A stretch of DNA of 64,000 nt from Neomegalonema sp. Its GTDB lineage: Bacteria > Pseudomonadota > Alphaproteobacteria > Rhodobacterales > Rhodobacteraceae. How positions within the stretch are numbered: position 1 is the stretch's first letter; each line of letters begins with the position of its first letter. The position numbers were made by a program, and so were the translations under genes. The notes beneath the pieces are model-generated. The model saw only the letters and a list, made by a program, of their open reading frames with translations, had not been told where the DNA came from and did not search any database. Shown piece by piece: positions 38,701 through 47,284 of this stretch. The DNA lies in contig JALEGB010000087.1 in assembly GCA_022760355.1 (NCBI GenBank), forward strand, positions 950 through 64,949, written 5' to 3'.

Positions 38701-38844
38701 GGTCTCGTCATGCTCAAATCGCAAATCGAGGCGGTAATTTCGAAATGTCGCCGGCGCCTCAGACAAAGACGCGCCCTCGAAATCAAGAACCACTGATCTC
38801 CAGGCGCGGAGCGCTCCACTGATCATCGCCGTCCGACTTTGCAT
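35791..38844 (-). CDS. large multidomain protein: N-terminal DUF5060-like plus partial GH5-like (DUF4038-type) region, Ala/Pro-rich low-complexity centre, unrecognised C-terminal domain(s)
   Basis: The ATG at 38844 is preceded by AAGGA. Three strings recall DUF5060/DUF4038 proteins: NYRLDLRFEH...APGFFAADGVAARTGASVGGVWRVRFRPPLEGVWRW, RSVFDVSRLEQWAALMHAAERLG, and RVLLRELTARFGHLNGLIWEG. The C-terminal roughly 300 aa has ordinary protein-like composition. No signal peptide was seen. Confidence 0.65.
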   Translation of the reverse strand: MQSRTAMISGALRAWRSVVLDFEGASLSEAPATFRNYRLDLRFEHDETGLAIVAPGFFAADGVAARTGASVGGVWRVRFRPPLEGVWRWRARFRVGPNVALQDLASVDFVGAPAGEFDGASGAFKIAPSKMVPPDLRARGSAMVADGKLVFAQSGAETAARAEPAFDLLHGPEFDGASLDAGGDDALAPAAWLEGDPEWGGAAQRGRGAVGAVRKAAERGATILRVTPILSRGGAVIGGPWQTVDHKDEERSVFDVSRLEQWAALMHAAERLGVATALAIGGRDRRGAQATLAALGLDRFERRVLLRELTARFGHLNGLIWEGDQALLGEEARFLTELDPQRSRATPGVLAALSVNDAGMWPDQAAALEAADAAAAAPSPLEVSEVSEEDLAVVDLAVDPFAPSAPSSPPAAAPSMGPREPSSARAAEAKPVVEDASARADARIVERFSRKFDSIAAIDAYLAHANAVRIAALSEQTVDSLLNAIDAPAPDAPKPDAPKEAGQAGAPAEEGAPSADIEGVEPPAKGAAPQTEDVAPHEQRPEAAPSEAAAEPRDYVGEGGDLDEIDEAIAELRRSQNDAAAPPRPASPRSGGVRAARRGSKPTPPKPADLKAALSEPQGKASEPARAAQELTAKRQASAADAKPAKSPASVSADATLEAAADADGDPRSTVVAGIGDADSVVEAQSIARASGAEGAPSSRPRKLRAPGAAASGVASPRYGKPPKRPALAAQEGEAPIALSLYLMGGDAPSGDADALSLSAPLPLAALRRDGAALITRFAGAGAGRARFARLSVRIGPEEGDAFVERLDPFALFAELEGFGDAVERALADLAPTDPPPYLEIAALADRDAETPLRLWRTPFEVPTLDDDEARAPRGPSREELAVRAMESDARLVRVDLIDPDNDRVVASFGPGGFDAPIEAAGRVLNVKAIIGGRAVSAERARLFVPASARCARPEDRPSRIGSVATCHFYGCVFSAGRQEIELVAVENVDAMERLIQAPGEDPPGVLLRARVRIALS

Positions 38845-39322
38845 GCCGTCCTTTCGGCCGCAATAACTGGGCGTTCGCCCAACGGCCTCTCCCTACGTCG
38901 CTCGCCAACCCGCCCCGCAAAGCGCACGGGGCGCTTGACGAGTGCTTTAGCATCCCCTCATTCACCTGCACAATGAACGCTGTCGCGCTCAGCCAAACCA
39001 AGAGGACGCAACGCGCTGCAATTCGGCACAGCTCGGCACAGCGCGCTGAGCCGGCGCGCAGCAAATTTCGCGCCATTGGCGAAGTCGCGCGCCAGACACA
39101 TTCGAGCTAAAACTCCCCTGCAAAAGGTCGCACATGCGCCACAACCGAGGACAATGTTTTCAGTACACGCTAAAGTGATCTGAGCAGTGGAAATATCTCT
39201 TGCACAAAAGCTTAAAGTGTGATGGGATTGATCCGCCGAGGTGTGAAGGGGTGTGGATATCTACTGATATACCAGCCCTGGCGATGTTGCAAAGCCCGCA
39301 TGTTTCAAGAAAGAATAAAAAA

Positions 39323-40015
39323 ATGGACATTGTAGACACGCTTACAGACCGCCTGCGCGCGCTCATGAAAGAGCACCGCGTAAAAGCGGCCCCCTTGGCT
39401 CGCGCCGCCAAGCTTAATGAGAGCGCCGTTCGCGACATTTTGCGAGGGCGCTCAAAAAATCCAGGCATCGTCACGTTGAAGAAGATCGCATCGGTCTTGA
39501 ACCTTCGCCCGAGCGCGCTCTTCGAAGCTGGGCAAGCTTGGAAAGTAATCGGCCTCGTCGTCGCGAACGGAGAGATTTCAGACGCAGACGCTGCGGAAGA
39601 ACATGATTACGCAATCGAAAATCCTTTTTTCGCCTATCGCGATGAGGAGTTCGAAGCGATCGCAATTCAAGGCGAGTCGATTGCTCCCCTCGCGTTCGAA
39701 GGCGATTTTCTGATTGTCTCGCGCCGCGACTTCGGCGTCGATGAGAATGATGTCGGCCGGCCATGCCTGTGCCATCTGGAAGATGGTCGCCGCCTTGTGC
39801 GCATTTTGCGTCTTGGCACGGAGCCGAACTCCTACCATTTGACGCCGGTAAGCATGTTCGGCGCGCCAGAGGCCAATGTAAAGCTGCGCTCCGCCGCTCG
39901 CATCGCACTCGTGCTGCCACAGCAGATGATCCCAAACCTGCCGGAGCAAACGCATGAAGGTGGTGAAACCCTTCATGAAGAGGGCGCCAAATACTCTCCG
40001 CGCAGCACGAGCTAA
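39323..40015 (+). CDS. XRE-family HTH / peptidase S24-like (phage CI/LexA-type) transcriptional repressor
   Basis: N-terminal HTH (RLRALMKEHRVKAAPLARAAKLNESAVRDILRG...LKKIASVLNLRPSALF). The C-terminal S24-like fold includes QGESIAPLAFEGDFLIV...GRRLVRILRLG. The start is placed at the first Met of the HTH, but no good SD precedes it. Confidence 0.75.
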   Translation: MDIVDTLTDRLRALMKEHRVKAAPLARAAKLNESAVRDILRGRSKNPGIVTLKKIASVLNLRPSALFEAGQAWKVIGLVVANGEISDADAAEEHDYAIENPFFAYRDEEFEAIAIQGESIAPLAFEGDFLIVSRRDFGVDENDVGRPCLCHLEDGRRLVRILRLGTEPNSYHLTPVSMFGAPEANVKLRSAARIALVLPQQMIPNLPEQTHEGGETLHEEGAKYSPRSTS

Positions 40016-40605
40016 CATTTGCGCAACTTGAATGCTGCAGCGTTCGCGCCGTAAAGCAAAAAAGTTGCGCACCCCCACGAACGATCCCGCCCTATTTCCC
40101 GTTTACACCGTAAGCATATTACAGGTGTTGCGGGATTTATTTCAGATTAGATCCAAGCTTGATGAGACCGAAGCGTCAATGATGAGTGCGGAGAACGACG
40201 CGCTTCAATTGTTGACGATTGGGCGATATTAGCACAGATATAGACAACATTCCAGTTTGATGACTTGAGGCTGAACTGCGTTAAGGCCTTCGCACTCAAT
40301 GAGATCAGAACAGCTGCCGCCTAACAGTACCGCCTTCCGCAGCTACCGCTGCGAACCCAAGCCCAACGCGGACATGTTTGCAGCCATAGATCCCCCTCCC
40401 AGCAACGGCGTCATCCCCTTTCAGCGCCGCAAAAATGCTGGGGCGCGCGACTGGCCCAGCCGAACCCGAACCGGAAGCCTGCACAGGGCGCCGTCGGGGC
40501 GCACTTGCATCTCGGCGCGGAAAACGCGTTTTTGGACCTGAATGAGTCTCCAAGCTAAGCCGCCGCCTCATGTGGTGGCGACCTAAAGATCGCGCCGACC
40601 GGAGG

Positions 40606-41367
40606 ATGAACGTGAACGAAGCAGAACCGATGAGCAATGACGGGCTTTCGATCAAGCAGCAAGAAGGCGTGCTCTATATCCAATTCAATCGCCCAAACAA
40701 GAAAAACGCGCTGACCGCTGCAATGTTCCGCAGCCTGGCGCAGGAAATTAATCAAGCCTCCGCAACGCAAGAGATCGGGGCCATCGTTCTCCATGGCGCA
40801 GGCGACTGCTTCACTGCCGGCGCTGACATCACGCTCTTTGCGGAAAACCGCGACGCTGCGGCCGCCATCGAATTTCTGCATGCGATTAGCGCCTGCGAAA
40901 CGCCGATCATCGCCGCGGTTCAGGGGGTTGCGGTGGGGATCGGCCTAACGCTCCTCCTCCATTGCGACTTTGTGTTCGCTGACGATACGGCCCGCTTCAG
41001 CGCCCCCTTTGTCGATCTCGGCCTGTGCGTCGAAGGCGGCGCGAGTCTTCTCGCCCCGCTGCGCCTCGGTTCCAAAGCCGCAAACGCCCTTTTACTGCTT
41101 GGCGAGGAAATGAATGCGACGGAGGCGGCCCAAGTCGGCCTGGCGGACCTCATCGTCGCGGCGCCGTTCGATGAAGCAAAGGCGGCGGCCGAGCGCTTGG
41201 CGCAAAAACCGCGACGCGCGCTTCGCGAAACCAAAAAGCTTCTCAAAGCGGCGAACGCGCCGGCCATCAAAGACACGATCGATCGGGAGGCGGCGATGTT
41301 TCGGCGTCTGCTCGGATCCCCAGAGGCGCAAGCGGCTTTCCAAGCGTTCTTAGGCGGTAAGCGCTAA
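40606..41367 (+). CDS. enoyl-CoA hydratase/isomerase (crotonase) family protein
   Basis: Contains VLYIQFNRPNKKNALT, HGAGDCFTAGADI, and PIIAAVQGVAVGIGLTLLLHCDF. The start is ambiguous: ATG 40606, GTG 40612 with GGAGG upstream, or ATG 40630. Confidence 0.85.
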   Translation: MNVNEAEPMSNDGLSIKQQEGVLYIQFNRPNKKNALTAAMFRSLAQEINQASATQEIGAIVLHGAGDCFTAGADITLFAENRDAAAAIEFLHAISACETPIIAAVQGVAVGIGLTLLLHCDFVFADDTARFSAPFVDLGLCVEGGASLLAPLRLGSKAANALLLLGEEMNATEAAQVGLADLIVAAPFDEAKAAAERLAQKPRRALRETKKLLKAANAPAIKDTIDREAAMFRRLLGSPEAQAAFQAFLGGKR

Positions 41368-41528
41368 CGCGAGGGGGCTTTTGCACGCTGCTTGAAGCTG
41401 GCCAACCGACCCGCTCGTCACTACGACTCTAAATATCTCAGCGGATGCGTGTGCGCGGCGCTCCTTCGGACCTCGCGCGCACTGCCGCTTCCGGCCCCCG
41501 ATGTCTGGGCCTCAGCGTAGGAGACCGC

Positions 41529-42005
41529 ATGACCCAGGATCAGGATGACGCCCTTCCACCGCCGCCAAGCGGCTATGATCCGATTTCAGAGGAGATCGTC
41601 GCCGGTCCGGTTTCCTACGCTGGCGCCCGCCTTGTCGAATGGCTCGACGATTACGCCCGCTTGGAGGCGGACGTAACCGCTGCGATTATCAACCGTCAGG
41701 GTTATGTGCATGGCGGCATTCATATGATCTTGCTCGATACCGTCGCGGGCTACGCAGGCACGCGCTGCGCCTATCCTGGGCGCTGGCGGCGAGTCGTGAC
41801 GGTTTCCTTGACGACTAATTTTATCGGCGCAGCCTCATCAGGGCGGTTGATTGCGGAAGGGCGCGTCACGGGCGGCGGACGGAAAACATACTTCGCCGAC
41901 GCCACTGTGCGCGATGCAAACGGTGCGCTGCTGGCTTCAGGTTCAGGCGTGTTCCGCTATGTCGGCCAAGGCGCGTCCAGCATTGGCGAGCCGCGCCCGA
42001 GTTAG
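41529..42005 (+). CDS. PaaI-family (hotdog fold) thioesterase
   Basis: The ATG at 41529 is preceded by GGAG. Contains NRQGYVHGGIHMILLDTVAGYA and ...GRVTGGGRKTYFADATVRD. Confidence 0.75.
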   Translation: MTQDQDDALPPPPSGYDPISEEIVAGPVSYAGARLVEWLDDYARLEADVTAAIINRQGYVHGGIHMILLDTVAGYAGTRCAYPGRWRRVVTVSLTTNFIGAASSGRLIAEGRVTGGGRKTYFADATVRDANGALLASGSGVFRYVGQGASSIGEPRPS

Positions 42006-42209
42006 CCGCCGCGCCGCCCCAACGTGATCTAGACAGAAATTGCGGACCAGAGCCGCAGGCAACACGCCGCAGATCGGCGCAAAATCGTCCGATTTCGCCC
42101 TCGCTTCCGCCTTGACGCGCGATTCGTGTGTGAAGTGAGATAATTGTGTCATCAAACCGTTGCGTAAGACCAGTACCGAGCGCCGAACTTTGCAGGAGGC
42201 CGCGTTCGG

Positions 42210-43028
42210 ATGCTCATCGAGGTCAAGAACCTTTCGAAAAACTTTGGCGACACGCCAGCAGTGCGCAACGCCAGCTTCAGTATCGAGCGGCCAATGATGG
42301 TCGGCGTGATCGGACGCTCCGGCGCCGGCAAGTCGACGCTGCTTCGCATGATCAACCGTCTCGCGCCGGCAACCTCGGGCGAGGTTCTGGTCGATGGGGT
42401 TGACGTTCTGAAACTGCGCGGCGCGGCGATGCGGCGTTGGCAACGCGACTGCGCAATGATCTTCCAGCAATTTAACTTGGTGCCCCGGCTGGATGTGCTG
42501 ACCAACGTCATGCTGGGCCGGCTGAACCGCCACTCCACGATGGCCAGCCTGTTCGGCCTGTTCAGACGCGAGGACATCGCGGACGGCTTGGCCGCGCTGG
42601 AGCGCCTCGGCATCGAAGAGCAAGCGCTGAAACGCGCCGAAGCTCTCTCCGGCGGTCAGCAGCAGCGCGTCGCCATCGCCCGCGCCTTGATGCAAGGGCC
42701 CAAAATGATGCTGGCCGATGAGCCGATCGCCTCGCTCGATCCGCTCAGCGCTGAGATCGTCATGAAATCGCTGCGTGAAATCCACGAGCGCGACGGCCTG
42801 ACGGTGATTTGCAACCTGCATACTCTGGATACTGCGCGGACATACTGTGACCGCGTAATCGGCATGCGCCTTGGTGAGATCGTCTATAACGGCCCGTCCG
42901 ATGGGCTGACGAGCGACGTAGTTCGAGAGATCTATGGCGCCGACGAGATCAACGAGGCCGCGACTTCGACGTCGCTCGGATCTGCTCCGACGGAGCAGGC
43001 GACGGCGCCGATGAGCGCGGCGACCTAA
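42210..43028 (+). CDS. phnC: phosphonate/phosphite-type ABC transporter ATP-binding protein
   Basis: Walker [10 protein letters not shown], signature LSGGQQQRV, Walker B MLADEP, and the PhnC-typical [27 protein letters not shown]. Confidence 0.85.
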   Translation: MLIEVKNLSKNFGDTPAVRNASFSIERPMMVGVIGRSGAGKSTLLRMINRLAPATSGEVLVDGVDVLKLRGAAMRRWQRDCAMIFQQFNLVPRLDVLTNVMLGRLNRHSTMASLFGLFRREDIADGLAALERLGIEEQALKRAEALSGGQQQRVAIARALMQGPKMMLADEPIASLDPLSAEIVMKSLREIHERDGLTVICNLHTLDTARTYCDRVIGMRLGEIVYNGPSDGLTSDVVREIYGADEINEAATSTSLGSAPTEQATAPMSAAT

Positions 43029-43096
43029 CGGTCCCGCCCTATGTCGCCGCGGGCTTCCCCGTCGGCGATCTTGAAGGACTGCGTTCCTCGAGGGAG

Positions 43097-44023
43097 ATGA
43101 AGATGAAAGCTGTCAAGTTCCTCGCCGCTTCGGTTCTCGCCGTTGCTGCTTTCGCCGGCCCAGCAGCCGCCGAAGACACCATCAAAGAATTCCGCATCGG
43201 CATCCTTGGCGGTGAAAACGCCAATGACCGTCTGCGTTCGAACGAGTGCGTACGCAAGTACACCGAAGAACTGCTTGGCGTTCCAACCAAACTGTTCGCT
43301 CCAGCTGACTACAACGGCGTTATCGAAGGCCTGCTGGGCGGCAACCTGGACATGGCTTGGCTCGGCGCTTCGGGCTACGCGAAAGTCTGGCTGACCAACC
43401 CAGAAGCTGTTGAGCCAGTTCTGGTTAAAGTCAACACCGATGGCTCGAAAGGCTACTACTCGGTTGGCTTCGCTCGCAAAGACAGCGGCATCAAGTCGCT
43501 GAAAGACATGAAGGGCAAAGTCTTCGGCTTTGGCGATCCTAACTCGACTTCGGGTTACCTGATCCCTTCGATCGAGATCCCAAAACTGGGCTTCTCGATG
43601 AAGCCAGGCGAGTTCTTCGGCGACGTTAAGTTCACCGGCGGCCACGAGCAAACCATCGTTGCAGTTTTCAAAGGCGACATCGACGGCGGCGTCACCTGGG
43701 CTGACGGCATCGGCGAGTGGGAAGAAGGCTACAACTCGGGCGCTCTGCGTAAAGCAGCTGACGCTGGCCTGGTCGACATGACCCAGCTGGTTCAGATCTG
43801 GAAATCGCCACTGATCCCAGAAGGCCCGATCGTTCTGCGCAAGTCGCTGCCGACCGACGTCAAAATCAAAATGGTCGGCATGCTGGCTTCGCTCGCTTCG
43901 ATGGACAAGAAGTGCGCATACGGCTTCATGGCTGGCGAAGTTAAAGGCATTGCGCCAATCGACCACAAAGCTTACGAGACCATCATTGCAGCTCGTAAAG
44001 CTAAGTCGAAGAAGAAAAACTAA
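43097..44023 (+). CDS. phnD: phosphonate/phosphite-type ABC transporter substrate-binding protein
   Basis: Signal peptide (KFLAASVLAVAAFAGPAAA) and PhnD hallmarks (DYNGVIEGLLGGNLDMAWLG, FGDPNSTSGYLIP). The codon style matches glnA. ATG 43103 is an alternative start. Confidence 0.85.
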   Translation: MKMKAVKFLAASVLAVAAFAGPAAAEDTIKEFRIGILGGENANDRLRSNECVRKYTEELLGVPTKLFAPADYNGVIEGLLGGNLDMAWLGASGYAKVWLTNPEAVEPVLVKVNTDGSKGYYSVGFARKDSGIKSLKDMKGKVFGFGDPNSTSGYLIPSIEIPKLGFSMKPGEFFGDVKFTGGHEQTIVAVFKGDIDGGVTWADGIGEWEEGYNSGALRKAADAGLVDMTQLVQIWKSPLIPEGPIVLRKSLPTDVKIKMVGMLASLASMDKKCAYGFMAGEVKGIAPIDHKAYETIIAARKAKSKKKN

Positions 44024-44032
44024 TTTCTTCTT

Positions 44033-44061
44033 GCGGGTGGCCCTTCTGGGCCGCCCGTTTT
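44033..44061 (+). terminator. intra-operon Rho-independent terminator/attenuator after phnD
   Basis: CGGGTGGCCC (44034-44043) pairs with GGGCCGCCCG (44048-44057), with one G:U pair and a 4-nt loop, followed by TTTT (44058-44061). Confidence 0.7.
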
Positions 44062-44187
44062 CATGCCTGTTGTCGGCGGTTTATGCTTGGGATCTTCCGG
44101 CATCTGCGCCGTGCTTCCTTGAGCGTCTCCGGGCAGCGCCACTAACGGCGGATCCTCGCCGGCTTTACTGGAATACAAGGGGCGGTC

Positions 44188-45036
44188 ATGTCGATTTCAG
44201 AGATGGAGAAGGAAATCGTTGCGCTTGAAAAGCAGCGCCGCGCCTACTCGCTCCTCCTCATTGGTTTTACCATTTTTCTTTTGGTGCTAAGCCTGTTGCG
44301 GGCGGAAGCCGGCAACTCAGGCGACCTCTATAAAGGCCTGATCAAGTTCTTCGAAGTCCCCGGAGAGGTGGTCGCGGGCGCATATGCTGAAGGGTGGGCG
44401 TTCTGGTCGCTCGCCAAAAAGTATATTCCGAGCCTGCTTGAGACGATCAATATTGCGATCGTCTCCACGTTGATCGGCAGCGTTATGGCCGTGATCTTGT
44501 CACTCGGCTCGACGCGCAATCTCGGCGTTTGGCCGCCGCTGGTGCCGGTCACGCGCCGACTGATGGACATCTTCCGCGCCTTCCCGGAAATCGTGCTGGC
44601 GCTGCTGCTGATCGTCATATTCGGCGCGAACGCGCTGCCGGCGGTTATTGCGGTCACGATCCACACCTCAGGCGCGCTCGGTAAGCTGTTTTCCGAAGTG
44701 AACGAGAATATCGATCAGAAGCCGATCGATGGTTTGCGCGCTGCGGGCGGCGGCTGGCTTCAGCGCATTCGCTATGCGGTGCTGCCGCAGGTCGGGCCGA
44801 ACTATCTCAGCTACATTCTGCTGCGTCTTGAGATCAATGTCCGCGCTTCGGCTGTTCTGGGCTATGTCGGCGCCGGTGGTCTGGGCGCGGATCTGCTCGA
44901 GAATTGGAGCTTCGGCACCGGCCGACAGGACGATATCGCCATGATCCTCCTGCTGTTGATCACCTCAATTGTGATCATCGATCAGCTTTCCTCTTATCTG
45001 CGCGGCCGCCTCGTCGGCGCGCATTCGCACGGATAA
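44188..45036 (+). CDS. phnE: phosphonate ABC transporter permease
   Basis: Contains LLETINIAIVSTLIGSVMAVILSLG and FRAFPEIVLALLLIVIFG...GKLFSEVNENIDQKPIDGLRAAG. Confidence 0.85.
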   Translation: MSISEMEKEIVALEKQRRAYSLLLIGFTIFLLVLSLLRAEAGNSGDLYKGLIKFFEVPGEVVAGAYAEGWAFWSLAKKYIPSLLETINIAIVSTLIGSVMAVILSLGSTRNLGVWPPLVPVTRRLMDIFRAFPEIVLALLLIVIFGANALPAVIAVTIHTSGALGKLFSEVNENIDQKPIDGLRAAGGGWLQRIRYAVLPQVGPNYLSYILLRLEINVRASAVLGYVGAGGLGADLLENWSFGTGRQDDIAMILLLLITSIVIIDQLSSYLRGRLVGAHSHG

Positions 45037-45102
45037 TCGCGCAGGCGCCTCGCCGCCTGTCCGCAGCCTAATGGCCGCGATCGCCACGCGCTGGAGACCG
45101 AG

Positions 45103-47193
45103 ATGACTGCAGTTGATGACATCAAAGAAAGCGAAGGCGAGCGCGCGGCGCGCCTTGAAGCGGCTACGCGCCAAATTCGCGGCCGCTCGCGGCTGACATT
45201 CCGACTGTTATTTCTCGGGCTCGCCTACATCCTGTTCGCTTGGTTTGCGCTCGATATCAGCACGATCCTCGCCAAGTCTGAGCCCGAGCAAGCCGGCGTC
45301 CTCATGCGCGACGCCGTCGCTCATAAGCATCATGTCGTCTATGACTATCGACGCGAAGAGTTCTCCGTATCCGTCGAAGGCGACTCACGCTCCGTCTACA
45401 AGGAGCTGCCCCATTGGGTGACCCGCAAAGACGGCGTCGCCCGCATCGATTTAGGCGATGATGTCCGCGTTGAAATGTCGGAGACCAAAGTCGCGTTCAA
45501 CTGGCCCGGCTATGGCGACGTCGTCGCGCATATCGACGGCCGCAAGCTGACCGTCGATCTGCCAGCGAAAGTGCTCGCAGAAGAGCAAGCGCATGAGGAG
45601 CTGCTGGTCAAAAAGCAGATCCGCCGGGCGCAGGAAACCAAACGCCGCAGCGCTGACTGGGACTTTGAAAAAAGCCTGGAAGGGTCGGATTGGTTTTCAG
45701 CGACGGCGGCGCGGGCCGCGCGCTGGGCTGGCAGAATGGTCAGCGGTCCAGCGCCGCTTTCCGCCGATGAGATTGCCGAGATCCGCTCGCGGTTTGCCAA
45801 AAGCATTAATACGCCGAAACTCAGCTTTAGCGGCCGTTCGATGGACGTGCGATTGGACAGCGGCAAACGTATTCGCATTATCGCCGGCACCAAAGTTGAA
45901 GTTCACCGGTTCGAATATGGCTGGGAGAACTTTTTCTTCGAATTCTCATCGCCTCTGCGCGCGCTCTCCTGGGGCGAACTTGCTTCCGCCGCCCTTAGTG
46001 GCGATCGACGGTTTGACGAGGCGCAATCCAACGCCGGTTACATTTTTTGGGCGTTCTGGAACAACGCGGAATGGCGCCACGGCTATATCGCCAACGCAGT
46101 GCTTGAGACGTTGCTCATGGCGTTTGTCGGCACGTTCTTCGCCTCTTTCTTCGGCTTGCCGCTCGCCTTCCTCGCCGCCCGCAATTTTGCGCCGCGCGGT
46201 TGGACGGGCTTGCTCGATGTGGTCGCAGTAATCGGCGCAATTTTCGTGTTTTTCTATGAAATGATCTTCGCAGGACTGGCTGGGCCGCTGCTGAACGCCA
46301 TCGCGCCGGGGCTCGGCGGCGTCAGTATATCGTCGATAGGCGGCTTCCTGTTGCGACTTGTTCAATCGCTCTTTGTTGCGATCATCTTCTTCGGCGCCGT
46401 CACTGCAGTCCGTGTCGGGTTCAGGTTCATCTTCAACCTAATTGGCGCTGACGAAACTTCCGAGAATTCAAGCCGGTTGCTCCGAAACTTTGCGCCGATC
46501 CGATTTGTCACCCGCCGCTTCTTCGACTTTTTGCGCGGTATCGATATGCTGATCTGGTCGCTGATCTTCATCCGCGCCTTTGGTCTCGGGCCGCTGACCG
46601 GCGCGATGGCGATCGCCTTCACCGACACCGGCACACTTGGCAAGCTTTTCTCAGAAGCGCTTGAGAATGTGGATAAAAAGCAGATCGAAGGCGTCGAGGC
46701 GACGGGCGCGCGACAGCTGCAGCGCTATCGCTTTGGCGTCATCCCGCAGATCATGCCGGTCTTCATCAGCCAGAGCCTCTACTATTTTGAATCCAACATT
46801 CGCTCAGCGACCGTGATCGGCGCCCTCGGCGCCGGCGGCATCGGCTTGGTGCTGCGGGAAACGATTAATACCCAGAAAGACTGGGAGAAAGTGCTGCTGC
46901 TGATCATCTTGACGGTTCTGGTTGTGGTGATCGTCGACATGATCTCCGGTTGGCTGCGGCGGCGCCTGATTGAAGGGGGCGTGCGCCGCGCTTCGATGAC
47001 GGCCGCAATCATGGTCGGCCTCGCCGGCGGCGCAACCGCTTGGCTGTTTGGGCTAAGCTTCCTGGGCGTCTATTGGTGGATCTTCACCCTGATCTTCGCC
47101 GTCGCCTTTATGGCCCTCGCCCTCGTCACGGTGTGGCTTATCGCCAAGTCGCCGCGCGAAAGTGCGGCTCTGCGCGCAGCCGCCACAGTTTAA
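45103..47193 (+). CDS. PhnE-like permease with about 300-aa N-terminal extension, internal insertion and extra C-terminal TM helices (696 aa)
   Basis: PhnE core strings are split: VLETLLMAFVGTFFASFFGLPLAFLAARN is separated by an extra hydrophobic block from IDMLIWSLIFIRAFGLGPLTGAMAIAFTDTGTLGKLFSEALENVDKKQIEGVEATG...SNIRSATVIGALGAGGIG. Confidence 0.75.
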   Translation: MTAVDDIKESEGERAARLEAATRQIRGRSRLTFRLLFLGLAYILFAWFALDISTILAKSEPEQAGVLMRDAVAHKHHVVYDYRREEFSVSVEGDSRSVYKELPHWVTRKDGVARIDLGDDVRVEMSETKVAFNWPGYGDVVAHIDGRKLTVDLPAKVLAEEQAHEELLVKKQIRRAQETKRRSADWDFEKSLEGSDWFSATAARAARWAGRMVSGPAPLSADEIAEIRSRFAKSINTPKLSFSGRSMDVRLDSGKRIRIIAGTKVEVHRFEYGWENFFFEFSSPLRALSWGELASAALSGDRRFDEAQSNAGYIFWAFWNNAEWRHGYIANAVLETLLMAFVGTFFASFFGLPLAFLAARNFAPRGWTGLLDVVAVIGAIFVFFYEMIFAGLAGPLLNAIAPGLGGVSISSIGGFLLRLVQSLFVAIIFFGAVTAVRVGFRFIFNLIGADETSENSSRLLRNFAPIRFVTRRFFDFLRGIDMLIWSLIFIRAFGLGPLTGAMAIAFTDTGTLGKLFSEALENVDKKQIEGVEATGARQLQRYRFGVIPQIMPVFISQSLYYFESNIRSATVIGALGAGGIGLVLRETINTQKDWEKVLLLIILTVLVVVIVDMISGWLRRRLIEGGVRRASMTAAIMVGLAGGATAWLFGLSFLGVYWWIFTLIFAVAFMALALVTVWLIAKSPRESAALRAAATV

Positions 47194-47284
47194 GCGCCGC
47201 TTTTTCGCCGCGATTGCGCGTCATCCGGCTGACCATCATTCAGCGCCGCCGCTTGCCGGCGGCGCGCTTCGTTGGGAGGGGATC

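Noticed and set aside
42140-42175. Possible Pho box upstream of phnC
   Set aside because: Only one decent half-site (TGTGTCAT at 42145-42152) is present. No second CTGTCAT-like repeat sits at the expected 11-bp spacing, so no call was made.
43025-43966. 313-aa ORF on the minus strand
   Set aside because: It is a shadow of phnD. The strong codon bias of phnD happens to leave the antisense frame free of stop codons. The translation has no recognisable features.
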